From: Anolis carolinensis
Taxonomy: Eukaryota
Direction of reading: 5' to 3'
NCBI RefSeq assembly: GCF_035594765.1
Contig: NC_085843.1
Coordinates: 220,759,971 to 220,823,970, forward strand
DNA: 64,000 nucleotides
Numbering within the stretch: position 1 is the stretch's first letter; every line of letters begins with the position of its first letter. The translations under genes were made by a program, and so were the position numbers. This document shows, piece by piece, positions 27,162 to 38,799 of the stretch. Below the pieces are notes generated by a model. It did no database searches, was not told where the DNA came from, and saw nothing but the letters and a program-made list of their open reading frames with translations.

Positions 27162-27162
<1 letters not shown>
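26915..27162 (-). mobile_element. R4/Dong-type (RLE) non-LTR retrotransposon 3' end next to (TAA)n
   Basis: VPVVIGGLG..PK.L..HL......ICQLQKATLLGSAHIIRKY* resembles the R4/Dong C-terminus. Confidence 0.7.

Positions 27163-27218
<56 letters not shown>
27163..27218. repeat. (TAT)n microsatellite
   Basis: Seen directly; other microsatellites at 19622-19658 (AAT) and 57186-57218 (GT). Confidence 0.95.
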
Positions 27219-27414
27219 GCAGCACGTAAACCACACAACACCCCACTGAAACTGCTTCCTTCCATATGAGTTTGGGGCCACGGGCAAAGCACGCTCAGAA
27301 TGTATTGGCAGCACAGCATTAGATGCCAGCAGGTGCAGAGGGTGTGTACAGTCCAGAGTTTAGACAGGTCACTTGATTTGCATCCAAAGGAGAACCCAAA
27401 GTACAGACAAGTTT

Positions 27415-28044
27415 TACACCTGTATTTAAAGGGCTTGGGTCCAGGCTACTTGACCAGACACATCTCTTACAAACTAGCCTGGACACTACGGTCAACGAAG
27501 GAGGCCTTGCTCTCCGTCCCAGCCCCCCATCCCACCCCTGCAACTCCCACCTCAAAGAAATAAAGCTCGCTTCCTCCCTCCTCTTCTTCAAAAAACAACC
27601 GAAGACCTACCTATGCTCACTAGCAAATGGAGAGGAGGAGGATTAGATAATGACAGATCACTACCGGGCCCCTGGTTGAGAACTATATCATATTTGGACC
27701 TTCCTAGTCCACGCCAGGCCAATGACCAGATAACCAACCCACACTGTTTTGTGAACTCTAGTTGGCTGTTATAAATGAATGTGGACATTTGTTGAGATTT
27801 TATGTTATTATATAATTTTGTTTGACTACGTGTAGTTTAATTGATTGATGTTAGGTTTAATTTACTGATGTCAGGCTCTAATTTGATGTTAAACGTTAAT
27901 GTTATTTTCATACACGGGGTTTCTCTGGGATTTGATGTCAATATTTGTTTGTTTTACAGAGGCATTTAACGTTTGCCATTGTATGTTGGGATCCGCCCTG
28001 AGTCCCCTTGGGGAGATAGGGAGGAATACAAATAAAGTTTTATC
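27415..28044 (+). mobile_element. L2 3' fragment and 3' UTR
   Basis: GLGPGYL...EALLSVP motif and CCGCCCTGAGTCCCC tail. Confidence 0.7.
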
Positions 28045-28050
28045 ACTATT

Positions 28051-28374
28051 GCCCCCGGTGGCACCACGGGGTTAAACTGCTGAGCTGCTGAACTTGCTGA
28101 CCGAAAGGTTGACGGTTTGAATCCAGGGAGCGGAGTGAGCTCCTGCTGTTAGCCCCAGCTTCTGCCAACCAGTTTGAAAAAGATGCAAACGTGAGTAGAT
28201 CAATAGGTACCACTCTGGTGGAAAGGCAACGGCGCTCCATGCAGTCATGCTGACCGCATGACCTTGGAGGTGACAACGCCGGCTCTTTGGCTTAGAAACG
28301 GAAATGAGCACCAACCCCCAGAGTCAGACACAACTGTAATTAATGTCAGAGGAAAACTTTTACATTTACCTTTA
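28051..28374 (+). mobile_element. Sauria SINE
   Basis: Head, body and ACCTTT tail as in the other copies; small internal deletion. Confidence 0.9.
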
Positions 28375-28599
28375 GCTTAATTTACTGATGTCAGGCTGTA
28401 ATTTGATGTTAGGTTTTAATGTTATTTTCCTACGCAGGGTTTCTCTGTGATTTTGTGTCAGTATTTGTTTGTTTTACGGAAGCATTGAACGTTTGCCATT
28501 GTATGTTGGAATCCGCCTTGAGTCCCCTTGGGAAGATAGGGTGGAATACAAATAAAGTTTTATTATTATCATTCTTGTCATTGTAGATGGGGGAGATTG

Positions 28600-29230
28600 A
28601 AAGCAAGAAACATTTGCTACAGGGAGCATAGAAGATCAGAGTTAGCATGTCCCTATTGCTCTGGGGCGACCTTCCATGAAACCTTTCTAGAGTCAAGGGC
28701 TGTGGGATCCCACTCCGCCTTGGCGATCCAGGCCGGCTTTTCCTTCCCTCCGTCGGCTGGGTTCCTCTCTGGCCGGAGAAGTTGCAAACCTTGTGTTGGA
28801 GGAGCGCACGTTGTATTCCCCACCAAGGGAGGGAGGGAGCAAGGGGGGCATCTCCATGTTTTCCCCCTTCTCCTTCTGGCTTTTAAATGTCCCTTCTTCC
28901 TCCCGCCCACCGGATCGGTTCTGGGTGGCCAAGCGATGCCCCGGGTCGCCTTTTCCTCCTCTAGACGCCCATTGACAAGGCACCAAGGCTGGTAGGTAGG
29001 TATCCTCGCAGGGGAGAGAGAAAGGCAGGAAAGTTTCAGGGACTTTTCGGGTGGAACTCGCCCTTGCCTACACATTGGACCCGCGTTGCTCCAGAATCAG
29101 CACTGGGTGGGGAAAATGGATCCCAACTTCGAGTTTACCCCAAAGTTTGGTTTCAGGGTTTAGGATTGGGAGGAGGAAGGGGAGAGGAAGACATTGTGGA
29201 AGAGGGGGGGAAAAACAGGAAATCAAAGCC
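28600..29230 (+). promoter_or_regulatory. CpG-enriched non-repeat segment; candidate TET1 main promoter / non-coding exon 1
   Basis: Local CpG/GC enrichment not explained by repeats, candidate donor CTG|GTAGGT at 28991/28992, and position between SLC25A16 and the TET1 coding exon. No transcript evidence. Confidence 0.4.
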
Positions 29231-29753
29231 TTTCTCTTATGACCCTCTTTTGTTTTTCAAATATGTGTTACACTACAGTCAGGCCCCTTCCACACAGCTG
29301 TATAAAATCCACATGGAACTGGATTATATAGCAGTGTAGACTCAGATAACCCAGTTCAAAGCAGATATTGGGGATGATCTGTCTTGATATTCTGTGTTAT
29401 ATGGCTGTGTGGAAGGGTCCTTAGAGGATGTGACCTGTGCTACAAGTGGGTAGGGGAAAAAAAACCCTTCCAAGCTGTTTTAAATCGCCCTACAAAAGCG
29501 TGCGTGTGTCTTGTGTGAGTGTGAGTGTGGGAGGGGTACTTTTTAAAAAAGGGTAACACAGCTTTGAAGTGGAATATATGGCACTGTGGCCTCAGAAAGC
29601 AGATATTTTGGGATTTTCTGCCTTGATATTCAGGGGCTGCTTTCACACAGCTGAATAATATCCCAGGCTATCTGCTTTGAACTGGAATATATTGCAATGT
29701 GGACTCCGATATCCCAGTTCAAAGCAGATATAGTGGGATTTTCTGCCTTGATA

Positions 29754-30080
29754 GTAAAGATAAAGGTTTTCCCCTGACGTTAAGTCTAGATCTGTCCGAT
29801 TCTGGAGGTTGGTGCTCATCTCCATTTCTAAGCTGAAGAGCCGGTGTTGTCCGTAGACACCTCCAAGGTTATGTGGCTGGCATGATTGCATGGAGCACTG
29901 TTACCTTCCTGCCAGAACAGTATCTATTGATCTACTCACATTTACATGTTTTCGAACTGCTCGAATGGTAGAAGCTGGGGCTGACAGCGGGAGCTCATTC
30001 CGCTCCCTGGATTCGAACCTCCGATCTTTCGATCAGCAAATTCAGCAGCTCAGTGGTTTAACCCACTGCACCACCAGGGG
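29754..30080 (-). mobile_element. Sauria SINE nested in a Harbinger-type MITE
   Basis: 13-bp TSD ttctgccttgata at 29741-29753 and 30081-30093. Confidence 0.93.
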
Positions 30081-30513
30081 TTCTGCCTTGATATTTTGGG
30101 TTATATGGCTGTGTGGAAGGGCCCTTTGCCTTTAGTTTTTTGGCAGAAGTTAAGGTCTCTCTTTCTTTGGAATCAAGCTGCATTTATTCTTTCTTTCTTA
30201 AAACTTGGGTTTGGCTGATCTGCGAGATAATTCAATGAAATTGGGAGTTTAACTCATTGTTTGGCTGGCAAGGAGAAGGGGCAGTGGCTGCTGCAGTGGG
30301 AACTCCGGGCCTGATTCAGAAGGAAATCCCAGTCTAAGGAACCATCTTCTCCAAAGCAGAAGAGCAGAGGGTGGTGGCTTGGATTGGACCCCCTCCTCTT
30401 CCCATTCTTGGGACTGATATAATAACTTGCTTCTGAGACATGGAGTCTCTCTAGATGCCCTTCTTGCTCAGCCCTGTGCCGGCTTTCTTTTTTAGGGCCA
30501 TTCAGACAACTTA

Positions 30514-30678
30514 CGGCCCTTCCACACAGCCCTATATCCCAGAATATCAAGGCAGAAAATCCCACAATATCAGCTTTGAACTGGGTTATCTGAGTGTAGA
30601 TTACACTCAGTCTACACTCAGATAATGTAGGATTTTCTGCCTTGATATTCTGGGATATAGGGCTGTGTGGAAGGGCCC
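30514..30678. mobile_element. PIF/Harbinger-type MITE, GGCCCTTCCACAC family (others ~16396-16544, 29282-29420, 29555-30125, 31507-31654, 31998-32147, 32936-33085, 43236-43386, 44965-45113)
   Basis: Palindromic; 3-bp TTA TSD here and TAA TSD at 44965-45113. Confidence 0.85.
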
Positions 30679-32690
30679 TTAAAGGAAGGGCAAGCAGATT
30701 GGCTTGCCCACTTCCTCCCATTGCAGGACAGCCTTCCTTTGTACAGTCAGTCCTCCTGTGTCTGCTCGCCCCTTTGCAGTGACCAGCAAGTTGTTTGGGA
30801 GGCCACTCTTCTTTCTTGTCCATCTGTGTGAGTCCGTTCAGCTTTCTCAGAAATCGTTTCTGGTACGACGACATGATGCCCGTAGGAAGCAGCGGCTCTG
30901 TAACAACTATTTTCTGAGCTACTTAGGATAGGGCTGCCCGTGGGCCTCCCACCAGGGGACATGGGGTGGCCTTGTAAACAGTTGCAGCCAGTTTTCTGTT
31001 GTTGTATTTATCCTGGTGGGAAGAACCGGACTGTGTGCAGTGCGCCTGGGGCATAGTGACAGCCCCACACGTGCGCCTAGCCCTTGTCAGCGCCCCACTC
31101 CGGCCGGCTGCAACGGCAGGATGCGCACAGCTGTCCTGTCAAAAATGATGCTTTCCAATCTAGCGGCGCCGTGCGGAGGGGCACCTGCTTTGCAAGGTAC
31201 ACACTTCTGACTGAACGCAGGAGTGTTACCAGCGCAGCCACAGCCACTTTCCTTGTTTGGAGGCGTTCTTTAATCAAGCGGCCTAAGTTGCAAAGAAGAG
31301 GCACATGTCCCCAAACCCATGCAGTAGCTATGTTTGCCACTGATTAAGTCTTGCGTGTGTTTGAATAAGCTTTTGTCTTTTCTCTGCTATGTATGGACCG
31401 CATACACACCACCAGAATACAGTGTACTCTCAGTTAATGGGATTTGTTTGAATGTTTTTTATTTTTCACATTGAATCTTTGCCATACATGTTGGAAACTT
31501 CTCTTAGGCCCCTTCCACACAGCTGAATAAAATCCCAAATTTTCTGCTTTGAACTAGAATATATGTCAGTGTGGACTCAGATAACCCAGTTCTAAGTAGA
31601 TACTGTGAGATTTTCTGCCTTGATATTCTGGGATATAGGGCTGTGTGGAAGGGCACCATACTCAGTAAGCCTTGTTTGTTTCTTTCTTTCCTGCCTCTTC
31701 CAATGGATCAAGACATTTAAAGTGTTATTTCTTGGATTTCTTTGTTGAGTTCCAGTTGCTTGAGTTCCAGTTAACTGAGAGTCTATTGTACTTGTAAACT
31801 TGTATTGCTTCATAAGATGTGAAGCTGCGCTTTACTTGCAAGATGACAGTGTGGGTGTTCTGTTTGGAATAACTTGCAATTTGGCAATGTCATAAATATA
31901 AATACTTTGAATTCAGGCTGTGTTTCAGCTACATGAATATGATATATCAGATTATGTTAAAGGATGTTTTGGAAGATTTCTCCCTTAAGTTTCTTTGGGC
32001 CTCCTTCCACACAGTCATATAACCCAGAATGTCAAGAGAGAAAATCCTACAATATCTGCTTTGAACTGGGTTATCTGAGTCCACACTGCCATATATTCCA
32101 GTTCAAAACAGATAATGTGGTATTTTATTCAGCTGTGTGGAAGGGGTTTCTGTTTACAGTGCGTATCTTTGGTTGTCCCCTCTGATGCCTTTATCACAGC
32201 ACCTACTTGTACGGACAAAATTAACCCATCGATGTTATGGCTTGAAGGTTGTTTTTTTTTTTAATGTTGTGGGAACAAATTGGCCAGTGGAGTCGCAGTG
32301 ACAAGCATCCCTTTGCCAAAGCACTTCTCATTTCTAAAAAATGCTGATGTGTGACTTCACAGCAAACAGTAAAACAGATCCAATTAACTTGTTTTAAAAT
32401 ACCATTGGCAGTTGCAGTGTGGAAGCTGACTTCCTCTCTGCATTGGAAAGCCAATGGATTAATATTTAAAATCTGTAGCTCCCCCTTAAATAATTTCTGT
32501 CTGCTAGCATTATGCACACAGTGTTTCTGACAATGCAGTGACAAAAATAACATTGCACAAGTATTGCTTAATATGCCGGGGAGGAGAAGGGTGCATCCAC
32601 ACTCAAGTATTGCATCTTAATATAGCATCCATTTATTTACAAGTAGTTTTGTATTAGCATGGAGTCAGTGTGATGTAGTAAAGGTATGAG

Positions 32691-32915
32691 TGGGTTGCTG
32701 TGAGTCTTTTGGGCTAAATGGCCATGTTTCAGAAGCGTTCTCTCCTGACGTTTCACCCACATCTGTGGCAGGCATCCTCAGAGGTTGTGAGTCACTACCT
32801 CCGAGGAATCCTGCCACAGATGAGGGTGAAACGTCAGGAGATAAAGCTTCTGGAACATGGCCATTTAGCCCAAAAGACTCACAGCAACCAACTCCGGCCA
32901 TGAAAGCCTTTGACT
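32691..32915. mobile_element. Penelope-like element pLTR fragments in inverted orientation (palindrome)
   Basis: ~95-bp arms; the ORFs read from both strands are near-identical (GCCESFGLNGHV.EA.SPDVSP). Hammerhead-like motifs in both arms. Confidence 0.8.
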
Positions 32916-33129
32916 AAGGAATCGGTTTTGGACTCAGGACCCTTCTACACTGCCATATAATTAATACTGTATTATCAAACCAGATAATCCACATTATGCT
33001 TTCAACTGAATTATATAAGTCTACACTGCCATATAATCCAGTTTAATGTAGATAATCTGGATTTTATATGGCAGTGTGATCTTCCTTTGAAAAAACCTTG
33101 CCAAAAAGTTCTATAATAGGACCAAAATG

Positions 33130-33501
33130 CACGACGGTCGTGCTTAGAGGACTATTTAAAGAAACAAAGCAAAGGAATAAAGAAGAATAAATGACTGTAG
33201 GTGGTGATTGAAGAGAAGAAACAAGATGAATACAGATCGGAAGTCCACACATACCCCCTTTCCTCCCTAACCCCCTAATGTACCCCCCCTATACCCCCCC
33301 CCCAGACATACCCTTCCCCTCCCCTTTCCCTCCCTTTCCTACCCCAGAACCTTTCAACATACCCTTTCCCTCCTCTGGTCTCAACCTTCCCTCCCCCAAA
33401 CCTTCCCTCCCCAACCCTCTTTACCCTCCCCTTGCCCCCTTTTCTTGCCCCCTTAATATGTACTGTATAACAAAATCACAATAAAAATTAATTGGAAAAA
33501 A
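33130..33501 (+). mobile_element. 5'-truncated L1-like retroposed insertion with C-rich 3' UTR
   Basis: AATAAA and A-rich tail; 15-bp TSD aataggacca(a/c)aatg at 33115-33129 and 33502-33516. Confidence 0.75.
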
Positions 33502-34059
33502 AATAGGACCACAATGAATCAGAGTGCACTTGAACGCAATCTAAGAACAGTATTTTGTATTCCAGTAAAAAAAAGTGATTGAATTGATCAGAAGCAAATA
33601 CGGCCCTCCATATTCATTTTGTATCCATGGATTCAGCAATCCATGGCTTGACTATATATTTTTAAAAGATCCAAAAAGCAAACCTTGATTTTGCAATTTT
33701 TTTCAACACTTGCAGTTGTAGATATCCATGGGGATAGCAAAATCCATGGATTTCGCATCCTTAGCGGAAATGGACACCAAAACTTCCACTGAAATATTGT
33801 TCACAGCAATAGTCAATTCCTCTGAAATATAGCCTAGTGCTATATTTCAGGGGAGAGCATCCTTCATCTTTCACTGGGCCTGACGTCAGTTGTTAGTGCC
33901 CTTAGTAGTAGCCTAAACCTGTGTTTAGATGGGCTTGACTCAACTGGTGCAGAATAGTGGCAAAGAGTGGGAGCGGTGGATTCCTGGGCCACATCTCGTT
34001 TAGCCACGAGGGGGCTTTCGTTCTTTCAGTGCTCCCCCTCCGGTCTGTAAATTCTGATT

Positions 34060-34428
34060 TGGGCATAAAAACCCTAAAGCAGGCATGGGCAAACTTGGGG
34101 CCTCCGGGTGTTTTGGACTTCAACTCCCACAATTCCTAATAGCTGGTAGGCTGTTAGGAATTGTGGGAGTTGAAGTCCAAAACACCCAGAGGCCCCAAGT
34201 TTGCCCATGCCTGCCCTAAAGGCATCTGATCTTACCTGATCTTGGAGGCTAAGCAGGATCAGATCTGGTTAGTACTTGGATGGGAGACCACCAGTGAAGG
34301 CCAGGCGATGTAAGCTGTGTTTCAGAGGAAGGAACTCAAACCACCCCTGTGTATTCCTTGTCTAAGAAGACCCTCTGAAATTTACAGGGCCACCATTTGT
34401 CAACAAATGACTAGAAGATACATACACG
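34060..34428 (+). mobile_element. 5S rRNA-derived SINE (SINE3-type) interrupted by a hAT MITE; related copies ~11290-11460(-), 25895-26095(+), 35778-36155(-), 37560-37660(-)
   Basis: TGATCTTGGAGGCTAAGCAGG...TGGTTAGTACTTGGATGGGAGACC matches the 5S internal control region. It is followed by a tail shared with the older tRNA SINE. Confidence 0.85.
34080..34213. mobile_element. Palindromic hAT MITE, CAGGCATG family (others 15576-15767, 59455-59568, 61479-61612)
   Basis: Near-perfect hairpin; 8-bp TSDs ccctaaag here and gtatacac at the 59455 copy. Confidence 0.92.
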
Positions 34429-34430
34429 CA

Positions 34431-34884
34431 GGGAAGGCACTGGATTCTGTGTGATATTGGATGCTAAGCAGGGTCGTCCCTGGTTAGTACTTTGAATGGG
34501 AGACCACCAGGTGTAGTAGGCTATATTTCAGAGGAAAGAACAAGCAAAACCATCATTATCCAATCCTTGCATAGCAAGGGGTTGGGAAGGCACTGGATCC
34601 TGTGTGATATTGAATGCTAAGCAGGGTCGTCCCTGATTAGTACTTGGATAGGAGACCATCAGGTGCGGTAGGCTATATTTCAGAGGAAAGGACGGGCAAA
34701 ACCACCATTATCCCATTCTTGCATAGCAAGGGGTTGGGAAGGCATTGGATCCTGTGTGATATTGAATACTAAGCAGGGTAGTCCCTGGTTAATACTTGCA
34801 TGGGAGACCACCAGGTGCGATTGGCTACATTTCAGAGGAAAGGACAGGCAAAACCATTATGATCCAATCCTTGCATAGCAAGGG
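34431..34884 (+). repeat. Tandem triplication of a 152-153 bp 5S-SINE head unit
   Basis: Units start with gggaaggca at 34431, 34584 and 34736. Confidence 0.92.
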
Positions 34885-36553
34885 CTTTTGTAGTCTCTTC
34901 CAGTTCTATGACCTTTCTGTATTTCTTGCCCTATAAAATTCATGTGGTTTCCATAACTCGACAGGCAACTTGGGATGCATCCATATTATAGAATTAATGC
35001 CGTTTGATACCACTTTAACTGCTATGGCTCAATGCTATGGCATTCTAAGAGTTGTGATTTGATGGGTTACCAGTCCTCTCTGGCAGAGAAGGCCAAAGAC
35101 CTTGTAAAACTACATCTCCCGGGATTCCATAGCATCAAGCCATGGCAGTTAAAGGGTGTCAAATTGCATCGATTTTATAGTCTAGAGGCACATACGCACA
35201 CACATATACGAAGTAAACCCACACAAGAACACACCGATATTGTATATGTAATCTTCCTTTTCTTAGTTGCATATCTGCCTTGCTTTGAGACAAATCCACA
35301 CTATAATTTTACTTCCAGTTATAGGCACCACATTCATATCTTCATGTGTGGGGGGCACAGGGATTTACACTGACAATATCCTAGGTTTGTGCGCAAAGTC
35401 ACGATCTGCAGTTCCTTAGCTCATGGCACATTTTCAAATCAGATACTTATTTCTGAAGTTAGATCTTTGCTGTTAGTGTTCCTTGCTGTGTTGAGGCAGC
35501 AGATAAAACCATGCTCCCTTCAGCCTTTTGTAACCCTTATAGACAATGGGGCTAACTCCCTCATTCCTTGCTTGTTTTTCCTTTTTCCCATCCCCCCAAA
35601 ATACAACTGTTTTTCCTAAATTCCCCTTGCTGTTAAGCTTAGCCTGCCCTTTTATTAAGCAATTGGTCATGTGACTCTGGCTTAACTAGAACTGCTTGTT
35701 TTGGGGATAGTGGTTATCTGTTGCATCTCCTCTTGGCAGGGCTTAACTCTTTCCTGGTCAGTTTTGGGAAACTAAATGTGTGTGTGTCTTCAGGTTGTCT
35801 CTTCACTTATGGAGACCCCATGGATTTCATGGGACTTTCTTAGGCAAGGAATCATCAAAAGTCATGTTGTCACTGATTTCTTCTGAAGCTGGATCTACAC
35901 TGCCATACGATCCAGAATTATCACAGCAAACAATACACATTATCTGCTTTGAACTGGATTATATGAGTCTACACTGCCATATAATCCAGTTCAAAGCAGA
36001 TAATCTGGAGTTTATATGGCAGTATAGCTCCAGCCTGAAATATAGCCTACAGCACCTGGTATTTATTGGTGGCCTCCCATCCAGGTACTCACCAGGGCTG
36101 ATCCTGCTTAGCATCCAAGATCAGACAAGATCCGACACCTTTAGGGTATTTAAGCCAAGTTGTAGTTTAAACTGTTTGCATCTTATGTCACCTTAAAATA
36201 AATCTTTGGGGGCATCTGCAATTTGACGCCACTTTAATACTAAGAATAAGAATAATACTTTATTTTTCTATCCTGCCTCCATCTCCCTGCAGGGACTCAG
36301 GGCGGTAATGTAATATAATAGTAATGCAATATAATACCACAATGAAGCAATAAAATAATAAAATGATAAACTGCCATGGAATCTTGTGAGTTGTAGTTTT
36401 ATGAGATCTTTAGCCTTTTCTGCCCAAGAGTGCTGGTGGGTCACCAAACTACAACTCCCACAATTCCATAGCACTTGAGCACTGGCAGTTAAAGTGATGT
36501 CAACCTGCATTCATTGTAGTGTCGATACACTCTAAGTCATGGTTATAATAGGT

Positions 36554-37317
36554 CAGTGATTCCCAAAGTGGGCGCTACCGCCCCCTGGTGGGCACTGCAG
36601 CAATCCAAGGGGGCGTTGATGGCACATATTAGGACATGGGGGCGGGGCCAAGGGAGAGGCGGGGCCTCTTCCCAAGTGCCAGAGACAGGGCTGAGCACCT
36701 GAGGTGCCTGTTAGGACATGGGCAGAGCTAGAGGAGTAGGCGTGGCTTCTTCCCAAGAGCCCAAGACCGGGCTTAGAATCTATACCTCTCCTGAGGCGCT
36801 TGTTGGGACACAGTGGGCGGGGCTAGAGAAGGGGGCGGGGTGGGGCCTCCTTCCAAGAGCCCGAGACCGGGCTTAGCCTCTATACCTCTCCTGAGAAGCC
36901 TTTTAGGATTAGGATAGGAGTGGGGGCAGGGCCTCTTCCCAAGAGCCTCAGTATACCTCCCCTGAGGTGCTTGTTAGAACACGGGGGTGGGGTATAGAGG
37001 TTCAGCCCCATAAAGCACTTGGGAAGAGGCCCCGCCCCCTCCTCTAACCCCGCCCCCTGTGTCCAGGACAGGGATAGAAGCTCAGCCCTGCCTCAGAGCT
37101 CCTAACGCCGCCCATCTCAGTCCTGGCCGCCCATTTGTGGCCCCACCCACCTCCCCCTCCCAGCCCTGCATCTTGGATTAGGGGAGAGGCTCAGCCCCGC
37201 CCTCTTGAGCAGGAGCCATGGCCACCCCTCTTAAGCCACGCCCCCCTTTCCAGGGGGTGCTGAGTAATATTTGTTCTGGAAAGGGGGCGGTAGGCCAAAT
37301 AAGTTTGGGAAACACTG
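36554..37317. mobile_element. GC-rich non-autonomous hAT element
   Basis: TIRs CAGTGATTCCCAAA / TTTGGGAAACACTG and TSD (t/c)aataggt. Internal GC-box repeats in both orientations. Confidence 0.85.
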
Positions 37318-38287
37318 CAATAGGTTTAATTTAAGGAGAATGTGAATCTCAGGAAATTTAAGAACTCTTGACTTTGGTGGATCAGTTCTGAGTATGACAT
37401 GGGTCCAAATCCAACTTTATGAATGCAAGTTTGTAAAGTAAACCATAGTCTTCCCTGCTAACATTACAACTTATTATCACGACTAATAAGAGACCAGGGT
37501 ACAATTCCGCCTGGTCCTGTAAACCCACAGAATGACCTTGGGCAAGTTATACTCTCTCAGCACCAGGTAGTCATTGGGAATCTTCCATCCAGGTATTAAC
37601 CAGGGAAGACCCTGCTTAGCCTCCAAACTCATACCGTATCTGGTGCCTTCTGGATATTTAGGACACCTCTGTAATTACAGTTTGATACATTATACACACA
37701 CATATATGGAAGCTTTTAAGCAGAAGCTGAATGGCCATCTGTCTGGCGATTTCCTGCTTCTCGGCAGGGGGTTAGACTTGATGGCCCATGAGGTCTCTTC
37801 CAACTCTATGATTCTATGATTATCTAGGAATCTGTGTCTGCCAAACTATCCCAGGAATAATTGGGACAAAATCCAATCTACTTACTATTGAATATATAAG
37901 CACATATTTGCAAATGCTCTACCTTTAATAGATAGTACTTTGCATTGAACTTTTCCTTAACATTTGCTTCTTATTAGCTAAGATGGCTACTGCAATACTG
38001 TAGCAGCACAGATTCTGAATAATGAAGCAGCGGATAGCCACCCAGCATTTTAGATTTTACATATTTATGTTTAAAGGGGAAGTTATTCATAACAAGGTTG
38101 TGTAAAAATAATTTAAATATAATTTATAACTGTAGGTGTAGTAAAACAAGACATATAAAGACCAATAAACGATATGCAGTGGATTTTCAGTCAAGCACAC
38201 CTCAAGCTACCTGAACTCTCAAGCAACCAGCCAAAAAAATTAAAGAAACAGTACTTTAAATAAAAATTAAAATACATGTATAATACA

Positions 38288-38620
38288 GGAGCTCACAGTG
38301 GTGCAGTGGGTTAAACCGCTGAGCTGCTGAACTTGCTGACTTAAAAGGTTGGGGTTGGAATCCGGGGAGTGGGGTGAGCTACCACTGTTAGCCCCAGCTT
38401 CTGCCAATGTAGCAGTTTGAAAACATGCAAATGTGAGTAGATCAATAGGTACCGCTCCAGCAGGAAGGTAACAACGCTCCACACAGTCATGCCAGCCACA
38501 TGACCTTGGAGGTGTCTACGGACAACGCCGGCTCTTCGGCTTAGAAATGGAGATGAGCGCCAACCCCCAGAGTCAGACATGACTAGGCTTAACGTCGGGG
38601 GAAAATCTTTACCTTTACTT
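38288..38620 (+). mobile_element. Sauria SINE
   Basis: Full-length copy; tataatac on both flanks. Confidence 0.92.
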
Positions 38621-38799
38621 TATAATACTAGAAAAATGTGTTCCATTAAGTTAAATTTGTTTTTATTTGCTTTTAATTACTGTACTTCAAGATTAATACC
38701 AAGACAGTTTATGGTATAGTATGGATTATAGTATTAGGTCTATTTTTAATAGCAACCCTAAAATACAGCGATGAAACCATCGCTAAACCTGTAACCCCA

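Noticed and set aside
34222-34884. Functional 5S rRNA gene cluster
   Set aside because: 5' parts are missing or diverged and the units are fused to SINE tail sequence, so they are SINE-derived.
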